Of a DNA stretch of 64,000 nucleotides, positions 27,434 to 35,571 are shown piece after piece. The notes beneath the pieces are model-generated. The model was not told where the DNA came from. It was given only the letters and a program-made list of their open reading frames with translations, and did not search any database. A program made the translations under genes and the position numbers. Origin of the DNA: an uncultured Verrucomicrobiae bacterium (GTDB taxonomy: Bacteria > Verrucomicrobiota > Verrucomicrobiia > Chthoniobacterales > JACTMZ01); NCBI GenBank assembly GCA_963776165.1, contig CAVZLI010000001.1, forward strand, positions 130,658 through 194,657, read 5' to 3'. How positions within the stretch are numbered: position 1 is the first letter of the stretch; the number at the start of each line of letters is the position of its first letter.

Positions 27434-28174
27434 CTAGGCGATTTGCACTTCGTTGACCGTACCCGTGTTACGATCGTAGTGGAGGTGGCGCAGACCGTCC
27501 GGGCTGCCGATGATCAGGTCATCCGTCATGCCGAGGAAAAGTCCGTGCTCGACGATGCCCGTGCGGGCGCGGAGTTCGGCGGCCAATTCCTCGGGATCCT
27601 CGATGGGGCCGAACGCGCAGTCGTAGATGATGTTGCCCTCGTCGGTGACGAATGGCGTGCCGTCGGCCTTGGTGCGCAGAATGGGATTTCCGCCGAGTTG
27701 CTCGAGGAAAAGCCGTTGCGATTCGCCGCCGAAGGGCACGACCTCGACGGGCAAGGCATGCAGGGTGCCGAGGCGCGGGGACAGCTTGGCTTCGTCGATG
27801 ACGATGATCTGACGTTTGGTGGCCTGGGCCACGATCTTTTCGTGAAAGAGGGCGCCGCCGCCGCCTTTGATCAGGTTGAGTTGCGGGTCGACTTCATCGG
27901 CGCCGTCGATGGTCACATCGATGGCTTGCGGCCCGGCGTCGTCGATCAGCGGGATGCCAGCCTTGCGGGCCACGCGGGCGATGTCCGACGAGGTGGCAAA
28001 GGCCTTGATGCCCGGCAGTTCCCCGGCGGCATGGCGCCGGGCGATCTCGCGCACGGCGTGGATGGCGGTCGAGCCGGTGCCGAGTCCGACGGTCATGCCC
28101 GGTTCGATGAAACGAACGGCATGGATGGCGGCTTCCTTTTTCAGGGCGTCTCGGTCGGCGGCGGCAGCGGGCAT
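27434..28174 (-). CDS. rpiA: ribose-5-phosphate isomerase A
   Basis: ATG at 28174. Motifs GLGTGSTA, DGADEVD and KGGGGAL are present. Confidence 0.88.
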   Translation of the reverse strand: MPAAAADRDALKKEAAIHAVRFIEPGMTVGLGTGSTAIHAVREIARRHAAGELPGIKAFATSSDIARVARKAGIPLIDDAGPQAIDVTIDGADEVDPQLNLIKGGGGALFHEKIVAQATKRQIIVIDEAKLSPRLGTLHALPVEVVPFGGESQRLFLEQLGGNPILRTKADGTPFVTDEGNIIYDCAFGPIEDPEELAAELRARTGIVEHGLFLGMTDDLIIGSPDGLRHLHYDRNTGTVNEVQIA

Positions 28175-28298
28175 GGCGGGACTATGCCCGAGGCGGGCAT
28201 GGCGCGGGAGGATTTTTCGCCACTGGCCGCGCGGGCCTTGACCTGTCCGGAGGCGGGACGGAGTATTCGCCGATGGCGCGCCGGGCGCGCTCCCACCC

Positions 28299-28778
28299 AT
28301 GGAAGAGGTCGTGCGCAACCAGATCCGCGAATTCCTTGCCAGCAAAGGGCTGCGCAAGACCACGCAGCGCGATGCCATCATCGAAGCGGCGTTCAGCACG
28401 GACCGGCATTACACGGCCGATGAACTCCTCGATATGGCACGGGGTATCGACCGGACGGTCAGCCGCGCGACGGTCTATCGCACTTTGCCGATTCTCGTGG
28501 AAAGCGGGCTCTTGCGCGAACTCGACCTCGGTCAGGGTCGCAAGGTTTACGACCCGAATTTCGTCGATCATCCGCACCACAACCACCTCATTTGCCTCGA
28601 TTGCCAAACCATCCTCGAGTTCGAGGATCTGAACATGGAACTGCTCGAGAACTGCATGGCCAAGCGGATGGGTTTCACCCCGGCAAACAAGCAGGTGCGC
28701 ATCGAGGCTCGGTGCGACGAGCTGAAATTGAAGGGCGTCTGCCGCAAGAGCGGACGCGAGGTGCTCGCCGCGGTCTGA
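28299..28778 (+). CDS. fur: Fur-family transcriptional regulator
   Basis: 159-aa ORF with a winged-helix region (TQRDAIIEA...SRATVYRTL) and HHNHLICLDC metal-site motifs. Confidence 0.75.
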   Translation: MEEVVRNQIREFLASKGLRKTTQRDAIIEAAFSTDRHYTADELLDMARGIDRTVSRATVYRTLPILVESGLLRELDLGQGRKVYDPNFVDHPHHNHLICLDCQTILEFEDLNMELLENCMAKRMGFTPANKQVRIEARCDELKLKGVCRKSGREVLAAV

Positions 28779-28779
28779 T

Positions 28780-30156
28780 ATGTGGCAAGGACGGTTCACC
28801 AAGGATCCGTCGGCGCGGTTGCGCGCCTACGGCGAGTCGGTCTCCTTCGACCGGCGTCTCGCCCTGCATGACATCGCGGGATCGAAGGCCCACGCTGCGG
28901 CGCTGCGCAAAGCCGGTCTTCTCACGGCGCGCGAGCTGGCGGCCATCAAGCGCGGTTTGGACGCCATTGCCCGTGAGATCCGGTCCGGGAAATTCGTCTG
29001 GCGCGAGGATCTCGAGGATGTGCACATGAACATCGAGGCGGCGCTGACCAAAAAAATCGGCGCGGCCGGTGCCAAACTGCACACGGCGAGGTCGCGCAAC
29101 GACCAAGTGGCCACCGATCTTCGTCTGTGGATGCGGGACGAAACGGCCTCATTGCTGGCGTCCGTCAGGCATCTGCAAAATTCGCTCCTTGGCCTGGCTG
29201 GGCGCGCGGGGGAGGCGATCATGCCCGGCTACACGCACCTGCAACGCGCCCAACCGGTCCTCGCCGCGCATCATTTGCTGGCTTACGTCGAAATGCTCGA
29301 GCGCGATGCCGGTCGTTTGGCCGATGCGGCCAAGCGCGCCAACATTCTTCCGCTCGGTTCCGGAGCGCTGGCCGGGTCGACCATCGCGTTGGATCGAGCT
29401 TTCGTGGCGCGCCAACTCGGTTTCGACGGCGTCTCGCAAAACAGTATGGATGCGGTGTCCGACCGCGATTTTGCCTGCGAGTTCCTTTCGGCGTGCGCCA
29501 TCACCGGCATGCATCTCTCACGGCTGTGCGAGGACACGATCCTCTGGGCGTCGAGTGAGTTCGGGTTCCTGCGCCTGAGCGACGCCCACACCACGGGTTC
29601 AAGCCTGATGCCGCAAAAGAAAAATCCCGACATCGCGGAACTTGCGCGGGGCAAAACCGGGCGGCTTTACGGGAACCTTGTGTCCCTGCTTACCACGCTG
29701 AAAGGTCTGCCGCTCTCCTACAATCGCGATTTGCAGGAAGACAAAGAGCCGGTCTTCGACTCCGCCGACGCTCTCGGGAGTTCGCTCGACATTCTCGGGG
29801 AGATGTTCGGTGCGGCAGAGTGGGACGAAAAGCGCATGGCCTCTGCGGCCCATGACGCCCTCCTCGTTGCTACCGATTGGGCAGATTACCTGGTGCGCAA
29901 AGGACTGCCCTTCCGCGAGGCCCACGAAGTGGTGGGTAAACTGGTCGGCGTGAGCGTCCAGCGGGGTATCACGCTGCGCGATCTCACGCTCAAGGACCTC
30001 CAATCGGCCAGCAAGCTGTTCCGTCCCGATGCGCTGCGCGTCTTGGATGCCCGGCGCTCCCTGCAATCACGCACGGCGGAGGGTGCCCCGTCACCGCGCC
30101 GGGTGGCCGCGCGTCTTGCGTGGTGGCGCAAGCGGCTGGCTTCGGCGGTGTCATGA
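28780..30156 (+). CDS. argH: argininosuccinate lyase
   Basis: 458-aa ORF with MWQGRF, TARSRNDQV and the signature GSSLMPQKKNPD. Confidence 0.92.
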   Translation: MWQGRFTKDPSARLRAYGESVSFDRRLALHDIAGSKAHAAALRKAGLLTARELAAIKRGLDAIAREIRSGKFVWREDLEDVHMNIEAALTKKIGAAGAKLHTARSRNDQVATDLRLWMRDETASLLASVRHLQNSLLGLAGRAGEAIMPGYTHLQRAQPVLAAHHLLAYVEMLERDAGRLADAAKRANILPLGSGALAGSTIALDRAFVARQLGFDGVSQNSMDAVSDRDFACEFLSACAITGMHLSRLCEDTILWASSEFGFLRLSDAHTTGSSLMPQKKNPDIAELARGKTGRLYGNLVSLLTTLKGLPLSYNRDLQEDKEPVFDSADALGSSLDILGEMFGAAEWDEKRMASAAHDALLVATDWADYLVRKGLPFREAHEVVGKLVGVSVQRGITLRDLTLKDLQSASKLFRPDALRVLDARRSLQSRTAEGAPSPRRVAARLAWWRKRLASAVS

Positions 30157-30713
30157 GTAACGGCTGGGAGTTGGTGCGGGCCGATGTCCTTCTCGACTCC
30201 CCGCACGTTCGGGTGACCCGCGAAACGGTGCGCACGCCCTCGCGGCCGGAGGGACGGGAATGGACCAAAGTGACGCGCAAAGTGGGGGTGACCGTGGCCC
30301 CGCGCTTGCCCGACGGCTCGTTTGTGCTGATCCGCGAGGAGCGGGTGCCCGCGCGGTGCGACTTCTGGCAATTCCCGGCCGGGCAGATTGATGGTGTCGT
30401 CACCGAGCACGCCATCGCCGAGGCAGCCCGGCGCGAATTGTCCGAGGAGGCCGGGTGCGAGGTCACCGGAAAGCTCGAATACTTGGGAAGGTTTTTCACC
30501 TCCCCGGGGTTCACCGATGAGCACACGCATCAATTCCTCGCCACCGAGGTCCGCTGGGACCGGGCGGCCGCAGTGCATGATGGCGAGGAGCAGATCCTCG
30601 AAATGAAATCCTTCCAGCCCGAGGAATTGCGCGAGATGGTCACGCACGGGGTGATCGAAGACGCGAACACGCTCGGGCTTTACGCGCGGCTGGTCGCGGG
30701 GAGGTGGCTGTGA
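30153..30713 (+). CDS. NUDIX hydrolase
   Basis: The ATG at 30153 (ATGA overlap with argH) starts the gene. The Nudix box reads GQIDGVVTEHAIAEAARRELSEEAG. Confidence 0.75.
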   Translation: MSNGWELVRADVLLDSPHVRVTRETVRTPSRPEGREWTKVTRKVGVTVAPRLPDGSFVLIREERVPARCDFWQFPAGQIDGVVTEHAIAEAARRELSEEAGCEVTGKLEYLGRFFTSPGFTDEHTHQFLATEVRWDRAAAVHDGEEQILEMKSFQPEELREMVTHGVIEDANTLGLYARLVAGRWL

Positions 30714-31522
30714 GCTTGGAAAAATTCCTCAAATTCCGCGACGAGCGGGACACGCCGAAGCCGTTTCTCGATCATATGGAAGATTTGCGGCGCATGGTGG
30801 TCCGCATGGCCATCGCGCTGGGGATCTGCATGGTCTTTGCCTTCATTTTCCGTGGCCAGCTCGCGGCCTTCATTCAGGCGCCGCTGTTGGCCGTCGATCC
30901 CACGAGGATCGACAACCTGCAGTCCCTCGGGGTGGCCGACTCGATGACCATCTCGCTCAAGTTGGCCTTCTATGCCGGCTTGGTCATTTCGTTTCCGGTC
31001 CTGCTCTACTTCCTTGCGGAATTTGTTCTTCCGGCCCTGACCGCGCGGGAGCGCAAGACCGTGTTGCTCGCTTCGGTCGTCGGATTCGGACTCTTTCTTG
31101 CTGGAGCCGCTTTTGCCTTTTACGCCGTGCTGCCTGCCGCTCTGGAGTTCTTCTTCCAGGATGCGCAAATGATGCAGTGGCGCCCGACGTGGACCGTCGG
31201 CGAATACTACAGCTTCACCACGCAATTCGTGTTGGCCTTCGGTCTGGCCTTCGAATTGCCGGTAGTGGTGCTGGCCCTGGTCAAAGTCGGTTTGCTCGAA
31301 CACGCGCAGATGAAGGCCACGCGGCCCTACGCCATTGTGGTGATTTTCCTGTTGGCCGCGGTGATCACGCCGACCCCGGACGTTTTCACCCTCATCCTCA
31401 TGGGCGCACCAATGGTCCTGCTTTACGAAGCCTGCATCTGGATCGCGCGGTGGATGGAGAACCGCGAGGCGCTCACCACACCCGACGTAGACCGTAGCGA
31501 TCGAACACGGGATCGCGACTGA
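30704..31522 (+). CDS. tatC: twin-arginine translocase subunit TatC
   Basis: 272-aa ORF with a GTG start and a six-TM TatC layout (FLDHMEDLRRMVVR, LPALTARERK, VITPTPDVFT). Its last 50 nt overlap the convergent vapC. Confidence 0.85.
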   Translation: MAVSLEKFLKFRDERDTPKPFLDHMEDLRRMVVRMAIALGICMVFAFIFRGQLAAFIQAPLLAVDPTRIDNLQSLGVADSMTISLKLAFYAGLVISFPVLLYFLAEFVLPALTARERKTVLLASVVGFGLFLAGAAFAFYAVLPAALEFFFQDAQMMQWRPTWTVGEYYSFTTQFVLAFGLAFELPVVVLALVKVGLLEHAQMKATRPYAIVVIFLLAAVITPTPDVFTLILMGAPMVLLYEACIWIARWMENREALTTPDVDRSDRTRDRD

Positions 31523-31859
31523 TGATGTCCATCCCGCGCTGGCGGGCTTGAACGACTTGGATGCGGTCGAACGGATCGCCATGAATCGGTTCGAGATGCT
31601 GCACCGCGGTGACTGCACGCCAGTCCGGCGCGATCACTTCGAAACCATTTTCCTCGAAAAGGCGGGGAAGATCGGTATCGAGTGAGTAGCCGAGTTTGAG
31701 TTTGCCCAAGCAGACTTTGATGGAGGCTTCCCACACGGAGGCAAGACTGACTCGGCATTCCCATGGTTCGTGCTGCAGCACTTCCTTGGCGCGACGCCCG
31801 AATCCACGCTCGCCCTCGAGGAACCCGATCCACGCGCTGGTGTCGACCAGATACTTCAC
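31473..31859 (-). CDS. vapC: type II toxin, PIN-domain VapC
   Basis: 128-aa ORF reading (V)KYLVDTSAWIGFL... with PIN acidic residues. GTGA overlap with the antitoxin stop. Confidence 0.8.
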   Translation of the reverse strand: MKYLVDTSAWIGFLEGERGFGRRAKEVLQHEPWECRVSLASVWEASIKVCLGKLKLGYSLDTDLPRLFEENGFEVIAPDWRAVTAVQHLEPIHGDPFDRIQVVQARQRGMDIISRDPVFDRYGLRRVW

Positions 31860-32086
31860 ATGTATTCCTTGAATTCCTCGAGCGGTTCGTCGAAGTCGGG
31901 AGCCATGTAGAAGTTCGGGCTTTTGGCGCAGCCAAACTTCGCCTTGGTATCCCTTTTTGGCGCGGGCGGCCGGAGTTCGGCGACCCGCTTGCCGTGTTTG
32001 GTGATGTAAATAGTCTCCCCGCCGGCCACTTCGTCGAGCAACCGGGAAAGATGTGTTTTGGCCTCAAAGGCGCCGATTTCTTTCAT
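31856..32086 (-). CDS. type II antitoxin, Phd/YefM family
   Basis: 76/77-aa ORF MKEIGAFEAKTHLSRLLDEVAGGETIYITKHGKRVAEL, lying directly upstream of vapC. Confidence 0.8.
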   Translation of the reverse strand: MKEIGAFEAKTHLSRLLDEVAGGETIYITKHGKRVAELRPPAPKRDTKAKFGCAKSPNFYMAPDFDEPLEEFKEYM

Positions 32087-32151
32087 CACACAACGAAACT
32101 AGTTGAACTGGTTGGAAAACCCAACTATTTCTCTGAGCGTGGCCTTCGATT

Positions 32152-32994
32152 ATGCTTTCCGGCGTGCGGATCGTTTCCCTCTTACCGAGTGCCACCGAGA
32201 TCGTGGCGAACTTGGGCTTGCTCGATTCGCTGGTCGGCCGCTCCCATGAGTGCCAATGGCCCGCGGAGGTGGGGGTCGTGCCGGTGGTTTCGGCCAGCCG
32301 CATAGACTCGGCCGCGCTTGGTGGGCGCCAGATTGATGAGGCGGTGCGCGACGCAGTGGCCAAGGGTGAGGCGCTTTATGCCGTGGATGGCGGATTGCTG
32401 GCATCGTTGCGACCCGACGTGATCATCACTCAGGATCTTTGCCGTGTCTGTGCGGTTTCAGGCGACGATTTGGCGGAGGTGGGTGCCCGGGTGATTTCGC
32501 TCGGCCCACGCACGCTCGCGGAGGTGGCCGAGTCAGTGCGTTACCTTGGACGGGAGCTCGGTGTGGCGGATCGCGGCGAGGAGCTGGCAGGGGAAATGAT
32601 CCGGAATATCGAGCGGGTGCGTCATGCGGTGAACGGTAGAAAACGCCTCCGAGTTTTTGTCGCCGAGTGGATCGACCCGCCCTTCGCTTGCGGTCATTGG
32701 ATCCCTGAAATGGTCGAAGCAGCCGGTGGGGAGGAAGTGCTCGGTCGTGCCGGGCAGCGATCGGTCCGGACGACCTGGGAAGAAGTGCGGGGGGCGTGTC
32801 CCGAGTTGGTCGTGGCCGCGCCGTGCGGATTCGATGAGGAACGCGCGGCGCGCGAGGCGGAATCGATCGATGTCGGTTGTCCGGTCGTGGCCGTCGATGC
32901 GGACCGGTATTTTGTCCGCCCGGCACCCTCGTTGGCCCGCGGGGTGGAAATCCTGGCGCGGATTTTCCACGGGGAAGGAAACCGGCGGAAATAG
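32152..32994 (+). CDS. BtuF-like periplasmic-binding-protein-fold protein (cobalamin/iron-siderophore type) without an obvious signal peptide
   Basis: 280-aa ORF with RIVSLLPSATEIVANLG and PDVIITQDLC, typical of Peripla_BP_2. The N-terminus starts directly in the fold. Confidence 0.55.
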   Translation: MLSGVRIVSLLPSATEIVANLGLLDSLVGRSHECQWPAEVGVVPVVSASRIDSAALGGRQIDEAVRDAVAKGEALYAVDGGLLASLRPDVIITQDLCRVCAVSGDDLAEVGARVISLGPRTLAEVAESVRYLGRELGVADRGEELAGEMIRNIERVRHAVNGRKRLRVFVAEWIDPPFACGHWIPEMVEAAGGEEVLGRAGQRSVRTTWEEVRGACPELVVAAPCGFDEERAAREAESIDVGCPVVAVDADRYFVRPAPSLARGVEILARIFHGEGNRRK

Positions 32995-33051
32995 TCCGCC
33001 GCTACAAGTAGTGAGGGAAACGGCCGCCTCCGGTGCCGGCGGCGATGGAGG

Positions 33052-33795
33052 TTACTTCAATTCCAAGACATCCTGCATGTCATATAGACCGGCAGGCTGT
33101 TTGCTCGCCCACTTGGCGGCGCGGAGGGCGCCGCGGGCGAAGGTGTCGCGGCTGGAGGCTTTGTGGGTCAATTCGAGGCGTTCGCCGGGGGCGGCGTAGA
33201 TGACGGTATGGTCGCCGACGACGTCGCCGCCGCGGATGGCGTGGACGCCAATTTCCGTGTCGGTGCGCTCTCCGATGATGCCGGCCCGGCCGTGGCGGGC
33301 GGACTCGGCGTAGTCGAGTTTGCGCGCTTCGGCGAGGATTTCGGCAAGGTGACGCGCGGTGCCGGAAGGGGAATCCTTCTTCAAGCGGTGGTGCATTTCC
33401 ACGACTTCGAGGTCGAACCCGGGGCCGAGGATTTCGGCGGTTTTACGGGTCAGCCAGAAGAGCGTGTTGACCCCGACGCTGAAGTTCGGGGAGAAAACGA
33501 GCGGGATCTTGGTCGAGGCCTGGTTGATTTGTTCGCGTTCGGCGAGTTCGTGTCCGGTGGTGCCGATGACCAGCACCTTGCCGGCTTCGGCGCAGGCTTT
33601 GGCCACCTGCGGGGTGATGTGGGTGGCGGAGAAGTCGATGACAGCATCACACTTGGCCAGAGCGGCGGTGAAGTCGTCGCCGGTGTCGACTTCGGCGGTG
33701 ACCTGCAACTCCGGATCGTCGGCGGCGCAACGGATGAGGGCTTGGCCCATGCGGCCTTTGGCGCCGTGGATGCAGAGGCGGAGCGGCGCGCTCAT
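33052..33795 (-). CDS. dapB: 4-hydroxy-tetrahydrodipicolinate reductase
   Basis: The ATG at 33795 (ATGA overlap with the dapA stop) starts the gene. Motifs GAKGRMG and EMHHRLKKDSPSGTA are present. Confidence 0.9.
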   Translation of the reverse strand: MSAPLRLCIHGAKGRMGQALIRCAADDPELQVTAEVDTGDDFTAALAKCDAVIDFSATHITPQVAKACAEAGKVLVIGTTGHELAEREQINQASTKIPLVFSPNFSVGVNTLFWLTRKTAEILGPGFDLEVVEMHHRLKKDSPSGTARHLAEILAEARKLDYAESARHGRAGIIGERTDTEIGVHAIRGGDVVGDHTVIYAAPGERLELTHKASSRDTFARGALRAAKWASKQPAGLYDMQDVLELK

Positions 33796-34670
33796 GGCAG
33801 GAGACAGAGGTCGGCCAAAGTGGCGCGAACGAGCTGGCGACTTTCGTCGGACATTTCGACGAGCGGCAGCCGCAGTTCCGGCGAAAGGCCCATGATGAGG
33901 TTGAGGGCGTATTTGGCGGGAGCGGGATTGCTTTCGATGAAAAGGTTTTTGAACAGTGGGTAAAGGCGACGGTGAAGCACTTCGGCGCGGGCCATTTGTC
34001 CTTCGCGGGCGGCGCGGACGAGTTCGCTGACGGGGCCGGGCGCGACATTGGAGGCCACGCTGATCACGCCGACGGCGCCGACGGAAATGAAGGGCACGGT
34101 GAGCGAGTCGTCGCCGGAGATGATTTCGAAGGTGTCCGGGACGGCTTGGCGGAGTTGGCTGACGCGTTCCACGGTGCCACCGGCTTCCTTGATGGCGACG
34201 ATGTTGGGACAATCCTTGGCCAGGCGCGCCACGACCGGCACTCCGATGTCGATACCGCAGCGTCCGGGGATGCTGTAGAGGATGATCGGGAGCTTGGTGT
34301 TTTCCGCGATGGCGCGGAAGTGACGGTAGAGGCCCTCGGGCGAGGGCTTGTTGTAGTAGGGGGCGACAATGAGCGCGCCGTCGGCGCCGGCTTTTTCTGC
34401 ATCCTGTGTGAGACCGATGGCCTCGTCGGTGGAATTGGAACCGGTGCCGCCGACGACCTTGACGCGTCCGGCGGCGATATCGACCGCGGCTTTGATCACA
34501 TCGCGATGTTCGTCGTGCGAAAGGGTGGGCGATTCGCCGGTGGTGCCGACGGGCACGATGCCATCCACGCCGCCGGCGATCTGGGCCTCGATGAGTTTGC
34601 GGAAGCCGTCGTAGTCGACCTGGCCGTCGCGGAACGGGGTGATGAGAGCGGTGTAAGTGCCGGCGAACAT
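33792..34670 (-). CDS. dapA: 4-hydroxy-tetrahydrodipicolinate synthase
   Basis: 292-aa ORF with ALITPF, GTTGESPTLS and the active-site lysine region (VAIKEA). Confidence 0.92.
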   Translation of the reverse strand: MFAGTYTALITPFRDGQVDYDGFRKLIEAQIAGGVDGIVPVGTTGESPTLSHDEHRDVIKAAVDIAAGRVKVVGGTGSNSTDEAIGLTQDAEKAGADGALIVAPYYNKPSPEGLYRHFRAIAENTKLPIILYSIPGRCGIDIGVPVVARLAKDCPNIVAIKEAGGTVERVSQLRQAVPDTFEIISGDDSLTVPFISVGAVGVISVASNVAPGPVSELVRAAREGQMARAEVLHRRLYPLFKNLFIESNPAPAKYALNLIMGLSPELRLPLVEMSDESRQLVRATLADLCLLP

Positions 34671-34682
34671 GGCGCGAGTGAA

Positions 34683-35495
34683 CTAGACGGCGATGTCGCC
34701 TTCAAAGACAAAATCGGCGGGCCCGGTCAAAACCACATGGTCGAAGCCGTCGCCGGAGCGCAGAAAGTCGACGCTCAGGGTGTCGCCGCCCTTGACCAGA
34801 ACGCGGATGGGCGACTCGGCGCCGGTCAGCGCGGCTACGGTCAGCGCGCTGGCCACCACGCCGGTGCCGCAGGCGAGGGTCTCGGCTTCGACGCCGCGTT
34901 CGTAGGTGCGAATGGCGAGATCCTGGGGTCCGAGTTGGCGGACGAAGTTCACGTTGGTGCCGCGGGGTTGGAAGTGATGGTGATGGCGGAGGGCGGCGCC
35001 GAGATTGTGCACGTCGGTGCCGTCGAGGTCTTCGATGAGGACGACGGCGTGGGGCACCCCGGTGTTGATCGAGTAGACAGTGAGCTTTTCCCCGGAGGCG
35101 TCGAGTTCCACGCCGTCGGCGAATGGTCCCGGCCGGCTCATGGCCAGTGACACTTGGTCGCCGCGCAAGGTGGCGCTGATGGCGCCGGCAGGGGTTTCGA
35201 AGGTGAGCTTGCCGTTTTCGGCGGGCGCCAGTTTGTCGACGAAGCGGGAGAAGCAGCGGGCGCCATTGCCGCACATCTCGGCCTCGCGGCCGTCGGCATT
35301 GTAGTAGCGCATGCGGAAATCGGCTTGGCCTTCGGCCTTCTCGACAAGCAGGAGCCCGTCGGCTCCCACGCCGCGGTGGCGGTTGCAGAGGCGGGCGATC
35401 TGGGTGTCGGTGAGGGCAAGCGACCCATCGCGGTTGTCCAGCATGACGAAGTCATTGCCGGCACCATTCATCTTGGTGAAGTGCAAAACTGGCAT
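34683..35495 (-). CDS. dapF: diaminopimelate epimerase
   Basis: ATG at 35495 gives MPVLHFTKMNGAGNDFVMLD. Both catalytic Cys regions are present (MCGNGARC, ACGTG). Confidence 0.92.
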   Translation of the reverse strand: MPVLHFTKMNGAGNDFVMLDNRDGSLALTDTQIARLCNRHRGVGADGLLLVEKAEGQADFRMRYYNADGREAEMCGNGARCFSRFVDKLAPAENGKLTFETPAGAISATLRGDQVSLAMSRPGPFADGVELDASGEKLTVYSINTGVPHAVVLIEDLDGTDVHNLGAALRHHHHFQPRGTNVNFVRQLGPQDLAIRTYERGVEAETLACGTGVVASALTVAALTGAESPIRVLVKGGDTLSVDFLRSGDGFDHVVLTGPADFVFEGDIAV

Positions 35496-35571
35496 CGCGG
35501 CAGTTTCTTTGAGGAAGGCGAAAGGTGTCAATGAGGCGGTGGAGGGGCTGACTGCGTCCGCCGCTGCAGGC

